A program made the position numbers and the translations under genes. Positions 14,974-22,518 of a stretch of 32,000 nucleotides of DNA are shown piece after piece; positions within the stretch are counted from its first letter, which is position 1; every line of letters starts with the position of its first letter. This stretch comes from Candidatus Iainarchaeum sp. (lineage in GTDB: Archaea; Iainarchaeota; Iainarchaeia; Iainarchaeales; JACQJH01): the NCBI GenBank assembly GCA_016205145.1, contig JACQJH010000002.1, positions 450,001-482,000 of the forward strand, in the 5' to 3' direction. The notes beneath the pieces are model-generated. The model worked only from the letters and a program-made list of their open reading frames with translations, made no database searches and was not told where the DNA came from.

Positions 14974-15725
14974 AGCGGAACACCTTTTTCCGGGAAGAGT
15001 TTTTGCGCCAGCTCCTTTTCAAGCAGGAGCGAGGCAAGGCAGAGCTGCGTTTCACGCACGGAAAGTTTTTGCACGTCGAGCGAGCAGATGAAGTCATTGA
15101 GTTTCAGCGCAACGTTCAGGAATTTCAGGTTGCCGGATTTTCCGAAGAACAGAAGGCATGCGAGTGAAAGCGAGGCATAGTGTTCAACGGCGTCAAACTT
15201 GCCCGCCGCTTCCGAAACCCTGAAACCGGCGCGGTATTCCGCGAAAACCTTTTTTGAGACCTCGAAGCTTTTCACGAAACCGGAAAGGCAGATGTAAACT
15301 TTTTTTTCCTCCGCTGCGCCGGCATTCTTATGTCTGCCGGACAGCGCAAGAATGCATGCCGGCAGGGCTTCTTCAGTGCGGATTGCTGCCTGCGGGAACT
15401 GCGTGAAAAAAATTTCGGGCGAAGCGTTGCCGGAAAAAAAGGTTTCCAAGCTTTCCGGCCGGAATGGTTTGGCCTTTTCCCCGGAATTTTTTTCAAGCGC
15501 GGCAATCATGCCTTTCCGCGCATGCACGAACGCATCGAGAAAAGCTTTGCCTTCAAACTTTGAAAACGAGTATTCGGGCGGCTGTTCAAGCCAGCCTTTT
15601 TTCGCGAAAGCGTAGGCAAGCATTGGCAAGAATAAGCCCGCAAAAGCTTTTTTAACTGCGCAATGCAAAAAAGCAAAAAGCCTGATTCGGGCGGCAAAAG
15701 GCAAAATAAGCCGTTTTTGGGGCAT
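14967..15725 (-). CDS. hypothetical protein, first gene of the minus-strand operon
   Basis: This is the C-terminal roughly 250 aa of the 484-aa track ORF and has protein-like composition. The rest of that ORF is antisense to the 1000-aa plus-strand gene. The ATG at 15725 lies 26 nt from a TATA-like box. I recognise no family. Confidence 0.5.
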   Translation of the reverse strand: MPQKRLILPFAARIRLFAFLHCAVKKAFAGLFLPMLAYAFAKKGWLEQPPEYSFSKFEGKAFLDAFVHARKGMIAALEKNSGEKAKPFRPESLETFFSGNASPEIFFTQFPQAAIRTEEALPACILALSGRHKNAGAAEEKKVYICLSGFVKSFEVSKKVFAEYRAGFRVSEAAGKFDAVEHYASLSLACLLFFGKSGNLKFLNVALKLNDFICSLDVQKLSVRETQLCLASLLLEKELAQKLFPEKGVPLW

Positions 15726-15744
15726 TTCAGCCAATGAACCAATA

Positions 15745-15756
15745 GCAATAAAAAGC
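15745..15756. promoter_or_regulatory. TATA-like box (GCAATAAAAAGC) in the divergent intergenic region
   Basis: The spacer between the divergent operons is only about 78 bp. The box is about 26 nt from the minus-strand ATG at 15725. A weaker GTATTACTA at 15773-15781 lies about 27 nt from the plus-strand ATG at 15804. Confidence 0.33.
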
Positions 15757-15803
15757 CCGGGAATACCATACTGTATTACTAGTGGCATGTTTTTGGGTTG
15801 TCG

Positions 15804-18800
15804 ATGAAGCAGAAGATTTGGATAAACAAGAGCAACGGCCAGCTTTGCGTGACCGTGCCCAAGGACTCGGGCATGAGGGACGGGATGTTTGTCGACATCA
15901 GGCAGGCCAAAATCGAAAAAGTTGTTTACACTTCGGTTGTCGCGGACCTGTTTCATTACGGCATACTCAACCTGCTGAAGACCGCGCAGGCAATGGGCGA
16001 CATGCACGTCTGCGGCGTGCAGACGGACGGGGCGGCGGAACAGTACAGGGGAAAACCAGTCACTTCCCTGAAGGAACGCCTGGCAGTAATCCAGAGCCTC
16101 AACTGCGTCGACCGCGCCGTGGTGCAGAAAAGCCCGGACCCCACTGAAAATTTGCAGAAACTGCACGACGAATTTCCGGGCGCGGAAATCATACTCGTTT
16201 ACGGTTCCAACTGGAAGCAGGTGCCCGGCAAGGATTTTGTCGAAAGCATCCGCGGAAAGGTGGTGCAGCCGGAATTTTACGACAAGCTGTCGGAGCCGAA
16301 AATCTATTCCTCGCTTGCGGAAAAGTACAGGCAGGCTTACGGCGATTTCAGCGATTTTACCGAAAGGTTCAGGGTAAAAAACGTGGTTTATTTCGACGAC
16401 AAGGATGACAAATCCGGGCACATCATTTCAACCAAGGCGGATACGCTGCGCGCGCTCCAGCCCGCGCTGAGGCATTCGCGCATAGAAAAAACTTTCGTGT
16501 TCACGGAACAGGAATGGGAGCGGTCGCCTGGACAGGTCGTAAGGGAAATCGCAAAGGAATTCTCGGAAGGCAGGATTGTCGTGAGAAGCTCGGCCGTCAA
16601 CGAGGATTCATTGCACAGGTCCGCTGCAGGCCATTACCACAGCGAACTCAACGTCAACCCGAAAAATGTCAAGCAGACCGAAGCCGCCATAGAAAAAGTG
16701 GTGAAATCCTATTCCGAAAAGGGCGACAAGAATCCGGAAAACCAGGTTCTGGTGCAGAGCCAGGCGAAAAACGTGAAAATGAGCGGCGTGATTTTCACGC
16801 GCGAAATCGGGTCGAATGCGCCGTATTACACCATAAACTTCGATGACACCACTGACAGCACTGACAGGGTCACAAAGGGCGAGGAAACCAAAGCAGTGAG
16901 GATTTCAAGGTTTTTGCCTGCGCGCGATTTTCCGCAGAAATGGTACAAATTGCTCACGGCAGTGCAGGAAATAGAATCCGTGATACCGGAAATACCGCTG
17001 GACATAGAGTTTGCCGTCGACTCGGATGAAAACGTAATAATTTTCCAGGCAAGGCCGCTGGCGGCAAACGCCACTCTCGGCACCAAGAAGGACAAAATCG
17101 TGGAAGACGCAATTGCATCGGGAAAGGCGGGCGTTGCAATGCTGTTGAAACCGCAACCGCACCTCTGCGGAAAAACCGATGTCCTGAGCGACATGTCGGA
17201 CTGGAATCCGGCTGAATTGCTTGGCGACAGAACGAAACCGCTGGACTATTCGCTTTTCAGGCTGCTGATAAGCGATGGCGTCTGGCACAAGGCGAGGGAA
17301 AGCCTCGGCTACTGGAAATTCCCGGAAGACGAGGATTTGTGCCATTGCATTGCCAACAAGCCTTTTGTCAGCGCAAGAAACAGCTTCAACTCATTCTGCC
17401 CTGAAAGCCTTGCGAAAGGCGTGAAAGAAAAGCTCTGCCAGTTCAGCCTGCATAAGCTTTCACGGCAGCCGGAACTGCATGACAAGGTCGAATTCGAAGT
17501 CTATTACACGTGCCACGACCTTGGCTTCGCGAAAAGAAGCGCGGAACTGCTCGAAGAAGGATTTTCGCAGGCCGAAGTCGGCAGGCTAAAGGAAAGCCTT
17601 GCCGAACTGACAAACGCAATCGTGGCGAACCACGAAAAAACAATCTCGGATGACATGGCTGACGCGGAAAAAATGGGCAAAAAACGGGAAGCGGTTCTCG
17701 CAAGGGCCGCGAAGGAAAAGGACGCGTTCAGGCTTATCGGCTTGGCGGGCGAACTGCTTGCTGACTGCAGGGAACTTGGCACGCTGCAGTTCTCGAGGCT
17801 TGCGCGCATGGCGTTCATTGCAAAAGCCAACCTGAAGGCGCTTGCGGCAGAAAAACTCATGTCGCAAGAGCAATACAACGATTTCCTGAATTCGATTGAA
17901 ACCGTGGCAACGGAACTGAACCGGGACTTCGTTTCACTGCTTGAAGGCAAAACCCCGAAGGACGAATTCCTTAAAAAATACGGGCACCTGAGGCCGGGAA
18001 CATTCGACATCACGGCAACGCGCTACGACAAAAATCCATCGCTCATAAGCGACGCGGGAAACGCCGCGAAAAACGCGTTCGCGGCCGAAAAGAAAAAATT
18101 TTCAATCGATGAAAAGGCGCTCCGCAAAATTTCGGAAAGGCTGGAGGCGGATTGCCTGAAATTCTCTGCGGAAACGCTTTTCGCTTTCGCGCGCAAAAGC
18201 ATCGAGGCGAGGGAAAAATCCAAGTTCGAGTTCACGAAAAACCTGAGCGCGGGCCTTGAACTTGTTGCGGAGGCCGGCGAGAAACTGGGGTTCACTAGAA
18301 AGGAAATGTCGTACCTTGAAATTGCCGAAATCACCGTGAAGGCGAAGGAAACCGCTGCGGAAAAAACCAAATCGGATTGGAAGAAAAAAATCGCGGACAG
18401 GCAGTTCGAGGAGGAAGCGTTCAGCCTTCTCAGCCTGCCGCCGCTGCTGTTCTCGCCGCTCGACATTGAAATCGTGCCAAGCTATGTGGCAAGGCCCAAC
18501 TACATCACTGGCAAAAGGATTGCCGCCGAACTGTTCCATTTGTACAAGTTTGGCAGGGATTCGGTCTTCGACCTGTCCGGAAAAATCGTCGCGCTTGAAA
18601 ACGCCGACCCGGGCTACGACTGGATTTTCACGAAAAATCCGGCAGGCCTTGTCACGAAATACGGCGGGGTTTCATCGCACATGTCAATCCGCTGCGCCGA
18701 ATTCGGCATTCCCGCGGCAATCGGGTGCGGCGAACTGTTGTTCGAAAAAATCAGGAAAGCTGAAAGGATTTCATTGGATTGCAGGGCGAAAAGCGTGTCG

Positions 18801-18806
18801 TTCTGA
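15804..18806 (+). CDS. multidomain PEP-utilising-family kinase: AbrB-like, cytidylyltransferase-like, PPDK-type ATP-grasp and phosphohistidine swivel domains (candidate glutamine-kinase-like enzyme)
   Basis: The N-terminus KIWINKSNGQLCVTVPKDSGMRDGMFVDI looks AbrB/SpoVT-like. The TagD-like block is VVYTSVVADLFHYGILNLLKTAQAMGD...VCGVQTDG...ERLAVIQSLNCVD. The PPDK_N signature is VVRSSAVNEDSLHRSAAGHYHSELNV. The C-terminus GYDWIF...KYGGVSSHMSIRCAEFGIPAAIGCG is a mobile His domain. There is no PEP/pyruvate TIM-barrel domain. Confidence 0.85.
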   Translation: MKQKIWINKSNGQLCVTVPKDSGMRDGMFVDIRQAKIEKVVYTSVVADLFHYGILNLLKTAQAMGDMHVCGVQTDGAAEQYRGKPVTSLKERLAVIQSLNCVDRAVVQKSPDPTENLQKLHDEFPGAEIILVYGSNWKQVPGKDFVESIRGKVVQPEFYDKLSEPKIYSSLAEKYRQAYGDFSDFTERFRVKNVVYFDDKDDKSGHIISTKADTLRALQPALRHSRIEKTFVFTEQEWERSPGQVVREIAKEFSEGRIVVRSSAVNEDSLHRSAAGHYHSELNVNPKNVKQTEAAIEKVVKSYSEKGDKNPENQVLVQSQAKNVKMSGVIFTREIGSNAPYYTINFDDTTDSTDRVTKGEETKAVRISRFLPARDFPQKWYKLLTAVQEIESVIPEIPLDIEFAVDSDENVIIFQARPLAANATLGTKKDKIVEDAIASGKAGVAMLLKPQPHLCGKTDVLSDMSDWNPAELLGDRTKPLDYSLFRLLISDGVWHKARESLGYWKFPEDEDLCHCIANKPFVSARNSFNSFCPESLAKGVKEKLCQFSLHKLSRQPELHDKVEFEVYYTCHDLGFAKRSAELLEEGFSQAEVGRLKESLAELTNAIVANHEKTISDDMADAEKMGKKREAVLARAAKEKDAFRLIGLAGELLADCRELGTLQFSRLARMAFIAKANLKALAAEKLMSQEQYNDFLNSIETVATELNRDFVSLLEGKTPKDEFLKKYGHLRPGTFDITATRYDKNPSLISDAGNAAKNAFAAEKKKFSIDEKALRKISERLEADCLKFSAETLFAFARKSIEAREKSKFEFTKNLSAGLELVAEAGEKLGFTRKEMSYLEIAEITVKAKETAAEKTKSDWKKKIADRQFEEEAFSLLSLPPLLFSPLDIEIVPSYVARPNYITGKRIAAELFHLYKFGRDSVFDLSGKIVALENADPGYDWIFTKNPAGLVTKYGGVSSHMSIRCAEFGIPAAIGCGELLFEKIRKAERISLDCRAKSVSF

Positions 18807-18811
18807 AAAAA

Positions 18812-18823
18812 AAAGATTTAATG
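18812..18823 (+). promoter_or_regulatory. TATA-like box (AAAGATTTAATG)
   Basis: Centred about 25 nt upstream of the GTG at 18843. It resembles AAAGATTTAAAG at 12587-12598. Confidence 0.3.
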
Positions 18824-18842
18824 CCATTGCATGGAATAATGT

Positions 18843-19559
18843 GTGAAACCGATGATTTCAGCGCACTTGAGGAACCTTGCAAGAATTCGCGGGAAAATTG
18901 CATCCGGGGAACCTGTAAAAATCGGGGTTTTTTGTTCCGGCAACAGCGGAAGGTCGCCTCTTGCGGAACACGCACTGCGCGCCGAATTGCAGGCGCTGGG
19001 AATTCCCGCCGAGGTTTTTTCCTTCGGGGTCAGCGTTACGCCTTCAAGAATCATACCGACAAATGCGGGTGCATCTGAAAGGACAATAGCTTATGGCGTG
19101 GAGCACGGCTATGCTGAAATTGCAGGACACCAGCGCACTTACGTTGACGATGCAAAAAGGGACATTGCCCAAGCTGACCTGCTTTTGGGAATAAGCCCGG
19201 AGCACAGCGCAACGCTTGTGCGCAGCATAGTTGACGGCGAATCGAATCCAGGGTCGAAGGAGGCGCAGCAGAGGATTGCAGAAAGGCTTGCGCGCATCTG
19301 GACCCTTAAAGGCTTTGCCAACAGAACCGACTGGCAGGGCGCATTCGAGCCACTTGTTCGGGCGATCGCAGGAGGGGTTTCACAGAAGCGCGCTGTGCAG
19401 AACCCGGATTCTTTGCCGAAAACGCCTGAAGGAGATGCGGAATACTTGCGGATAATGCAGGACATTGAAAGAACCGCAAAAAGGGCCGCGCGAAGAATTG
19501 CCGGAAAACGCGGAAAGCCGGCAAGACCACACAGCGCGCAGCATGGTGGACGACGGTGA
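18843..19559 (+). CDS. low-molecular-weight phosphotyrosine phosphatase / ArsC-fold protein
   Basis: The P-loop VFCSGNSGRSP matches C-x5-R-S. A basic C-terminal tail is present. The start is either the GTG at 18843 or the ATG at 18852. Confidence 0.72.
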   Translation: MKPMISAHLRNLARIRGKIASGEPVKIGVFCSGNSGRSPLAEHALRAELQALGIPAEVFSFGVSVTPSRIIPTNAGASERTIAYGVEHGYAEIAGHQRTYVDDAKRDIAQADLLLGISPEHSATLVRSIVDGESNPGSKEAQQRIAERLARIWTLKGFANRTDWQGAFEPLVRAIAGGVSQKRAVQNPDSLPKTPEGDAEYLRIMQDIERTAKRAARRIAGKRGKPARPHSAQHGGRR

Positions 19560-20257
19560 AAAAAATGATTTGCCTTATTTCGCAACGAAGGAACCAGAAC
19601 AGGTACGGCGCGTATCTGGACGCGCTTGAAACCTCTTACGTGACTTTTTTCGAGGGCCTGGGCGTTTCGCTTGTTCCAGTTTCAAATGAAAGCGTGCGCG
19701 TCAGGAAAATGTTCGACGAATTCAAGGCGCATGGTGTCATACTGACCGGCGGGGAAAACGTCGATTCAAAGGTTTTCGGCGAACCGCCAATCAACCCGGC
19801 CGGCATCGCGGTTGAGCGCGACGCCGTTGAAAAAATACTTGTCGGGGAAGCAATGAAAAGGAAGCTGCCGGTGCTTGGCATTTGCAGGGGCCTGCAGTTT
19901 TTGAACGTGCATTTCGGCGGCAGGCTCTCGCAAAGCGTCAAGGAAGAGTTTGGCGGCCATGCCGGAACGCAGCATGAAATCATGGTCGTTGACGCAGGCT
20001 TTGAAAAATATCTCGGCAGGAAAACCCTGCGGGTCAATTCTTTCCACAACCAGGGCGTGCCGGAAAAGCTCTTGTCAAAGGAGCTTAGGGCGTTTGCGAT
20101 GACCGAAAACGGGCTTGTGGAGGGCTTTTACCATCCTGCAAAAGCCGTGCTTGCAGTGCAATGGCACCCTGAAAGGAAAAGCCCGGATGTTGAGGCAAAC
20201 GAAAAGATTGCCGGAATTTTTTTGGAAAAAAAGTTTTTCTGGCTTGACCGGAAGTGA
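19556..20257 (+). CDS. class I glutamine amidotransferase-like / peptidase C26 gamma-glutamyl hydrolase
   Basis: Nucleophile elbow LGICRGLQFLN and His-Glu pair VQWHPER. The gene overlaps the upstream stop (GTGA). An alternative ATG lies at 19565. Confidence 0.85.
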   Translation: MKKMICLISQRRNQNRYGAYLDALETSYVTFFEGLGVSLVPVSNESVRVRKMFDEFKAHGVILTGGENVDSKVFGEPPINPAGIAVERDAVEKILVGEAMKRKLPVLGICRGLQFLNVHFGGRLSQSVKEEFGGHAGTQHEIMVVDAGFEKYLGRKTLRVNSFHNQGVPEKLLSKELRAFAMTENGLVEGFYHPAKAVLAVQWHPERKSPDVEANEKIAGIFLEKKFFWLDRK

Positions 20258-20278
20258 AATTGGAAAAATGGCGGTGCT

Positions 20279-21076
20279 ATGGTGAAAGCAATCATTCTTG
20301 CGGCAGGCATGGGAACAAGGCTGAGCAAATACACCAAGGATTTGCCTAAAGGCATGCTTGATTTCATGGGAAAGCCGCTTGTCAAATGGCAGGTTGACGT
20401 TTACAAAAAAATGGGCGTCGACGACGTCATTGTCATAAGGGGTTTTGCCGCAGACAAAATAAATTTTTCCGGTGTCAGGTACTATGAGAACAAGGATTTT
20501 GCCAACACGAACATGGTCGAAACATTGTTCTGCGCTGAAAAGGAACTTGAAGGAGAAGTGCTCGTTTCCTATGCCGATGTTTTGTTCGAACCGAAGGTTT
20601 TGAAGAAGGTTCTTGACTCGAACGCCGACATCGGTGTCACGGTCGACCTCGCATGGAAGGACTACTGGACCGCAAGGCTCGGCTCTTTCGAACTGGACAC
20701 TGAAAGCCTGGGCTTTGACGACAGCGGCGCGATAACCGGGCTTGGAACGGACAGCCCGCCGATTGAAGAGATTGACGGAAGGTATGTCGGCCTGCTGAAG
20801 TTCTCGAAAAAAGGCGTTGAGCAGGCCAGGAAGGTCTACCATGCGGGCAGGAAAGGCTTTCTGGGAAAGCCCTGGGGGCCGTCCGGAAAGGTTTTCCAGA
20901 AGGCTTACATGACGGATCTGCTGAACAAGTGCATTGAAGCCGGAAACCGGGTTGAAGCAATAAGGATCGAGCGCGGCTGGCTCGAATTCGACACCAACGG
21001 GGATTACGAGAAAATGATGCAATTGGAAAAGGCAGGCGGGCTCAAAAGGTTTTTCGATTTGAATGCCTTGAAATGA
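20279..21076 (+). CDS. LicC-like nucleotidyltransferase (candidate cytidylyltransferase)
   Basis: N-terminal KAIILAAGMGTRLSKYTKDLPKGML, followed by YADVLF, VDLAWKDYW, YVGLLKFS and AYMTDLL blocks. These are typical of phospho-headgroup (choline / 2-AEP / phosphoglutamine) cytidylyltransferases. Confidence 0.82.
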   Translation: MVKAIILAAGMGTRLSKYTKDLPKGMLDFMGKPLVKWQVDVYKKMGVDDVIVIRGFAADKINFSGVRYYENKDFANTNMVETLFCAEKELEGEVLVSYADVLFEPKVLKKVLDSNADIGVTVDLAWKDYWTARLGSFELDTESLGFDDSGAITGLGTDSPPIEEIDGRYVGLLKFSKKGVEQARKVYHAGRKGFLGKPWGPSGKVFQKAYMTDLLNKCIEAGNRVEAIRIERGWLEFDTNGDYEKMMQLEKAGGLKRFFDLNALK

Positions 21077-21118
21077 ACTTATGAAACCGGCTTGAATGCC
21101 CGTGCCCTTAAAATGAGC

Positions 21119-22252
21119 CTACGAAAGCGATTTGAAAAGCCGCAGGTACTTGTCAACGGTTTTTTCGATTGTGAAATTTTCAAGCACGCGCGCCCTGCCT
21201 TTTTTTCCCAAACGCCCGGCTTTTTTTTCGTCAAGCAGCAGTTCCCGCACTGCTTCCGTGAACTGGAGAGTGCTGCCGGTTTCGCAAAGTATGCCGGCAT
21301 CCCCCACAACTCCGGGGATTGCCGCGGTGTTTGACGCCACAACCGGCTTTCCGCAGGCCATTCCCTCCGCAAGAATCGTGCCGAATGTTTCGTAATAGCT
21401 CGGGTGCAGGATAATGTCGCACTGATTGAGCAGTGCAGGGAGTTCCGGGTGCGGAACGCGCGGCAAGGCAATCACATCCGTTCCGAGGCGGATCGCGTTC
21501 TGTTCCAGTTTTTTCCGGAATTTTTCAAAATCGCTTCCCGCTGCAATCATGCGCAGTTCAGGAAAATCCTTCCGCAGGCTTATGAACGCGTCAACTGCTA
21601 TGTGCGCGCCTTTCCTGAAGCTGTGCCCTCCGCTGAAAAAAATTGTTTTGCGCTTGCGGCCGGCCGCATTGCCTCCGGGCGAGAATTCTTTTGTGTCCAC
21701 GCCGTTCGGAATGACCGTTATGGGCTTTCCGGAGAGCTTTTGCGTCTGCGCTTTTTCGCTTTCGCTGGGCACGACTATTTGCGTGCAATTTTTCATCGCC
21801 ATGTTTTCGAAGAAAATGCGCGAATTGTCCTTGAGCCTGTCGAAAGCAGGCTGTTCATTGTTGCCGAGACCGCCGGCAAACCTTTGCAGCAGCATTTTGG
21901 AGGAGAAAACGCGCGGCGTTTCCGAGAAATGCTTTTCAAGCTTGAACAGCAGTGCGCCTTCAATGTCCTGCGAGTTGATTATGCCTGGTTTTTCCCTGCG
22001 GAGAACGGAAAGGCCTTTGAGGGCCAGAGGAAAAGTGCGCAGCCGGAAATCGTCGTGCGGAACGGATAGCGCCCTGAAAACCCTGATTCCGCCAACGTCG
22101 TCATTGGCGGGGCGCTTCGGGCTGCCGTTGGCGAGCACGAAAACTTCCGCTTTTTCCGCCACGCCCCTGACGATGTTGTGGATGGTCGGATAGGCGCCGA
22201 AGGACATTTTTTCCTTTTCATAGAAGAAGCTTGAAACGAAGCAGACTTTCAT
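21119..22252 (-). CDS. GT-B glycosyltransferase (glycosyl transferases group 1 / CAZy GT4-like)
   Basis: The C-terminal region reads HPSYYETFGTILAEGMACGKPVVASNTAAIPGVVGD (E-x7-E region). The ATG at 22252 (MKVCFVSSFF) is preferred. Confidence 0.85.
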   Translation of the reverse strand: MKVCFVSSFFYEKEKMSFGAYPTIHNIVRGVAEKAEVFVLANGSPKRPANDDVGGIRVFRALSVPHDDFRLRTFPLALKGLSVLRREKPGIINSQDIEGALLFKLEKHFSETPRVFSSKMLLQRFAGGLGNNEQPAFDRLKDNSRIFFENMAMKNCTQIVVPSESEKAQTQKLSGKPITVIPNGVDTKEFSPGGNAAGRKRKTIFFSGGHSFRKGAHIAVDAFISLRKDFPELRMIAAGSDFEKFRKKLEQNAIRLGTDVIALPRVPHPELPALLNQCDIILHPSYYETFGTILAEGMACGKPVVASNTAAIPGVVGDAGILCETGSTLQFTEAVRELLLDEKKAGRLGKKGRARVLENFTIEKTVDKYLRLFKSLS

Positions 22253-22275
22253 CGGAAAGACTAATGGGTTTTTGG

Positions 22276-22285
22276 CAATATTATT
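22276..22285 (-). promoter_or_regulatory. TATA-like box (AATAATATTG on the minus strand)
   Basis: Centred about 29 nt upstream of the ATG at 22252. Confidence 0.35.
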
Positions 22286-22518
22286 CTTGCGGTGCAAACA
22301 CCGGAATAACCTATACATAATGAATTTGGCTTTTGTCGGCTGCGGGCAACCCGGATGAACGGCGGGGGAGGGTCAGGAGTTCCCTAGAACTGGGGAGGGG
22401 GCAAAACCCCCTCCGCGGTTCGGAATAAAACCTTTTTAAATGTTTAACCCGAATAGATGTAGTAATCGAAGCTGATTTTTGTCATGCTTTTCCGCCTTTG
22501 GGCAAATAGTGGTTTTTC

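Noticed and set aside
14967-16421. A 484-aa minus-strand ORF.
   Set aside because: Only its C-terminal ~250 codons (14967-15725) look protein-like. The upstream part is antisense to the strongly supported 1000-aa plus-strand gene and has an Arg/His/Val-rich shadow-ORF composition.
15804-18806. A second copy of PEP synthase.
   Set aside because: It lacks the C-terminal PEP/pyruvate-binding TIM-barrel domain, which is present in the true ppsA at 23388-25934. It also carries extra N-terminal domains, so it is a PEP-utilising-family kinase with a different substrate.
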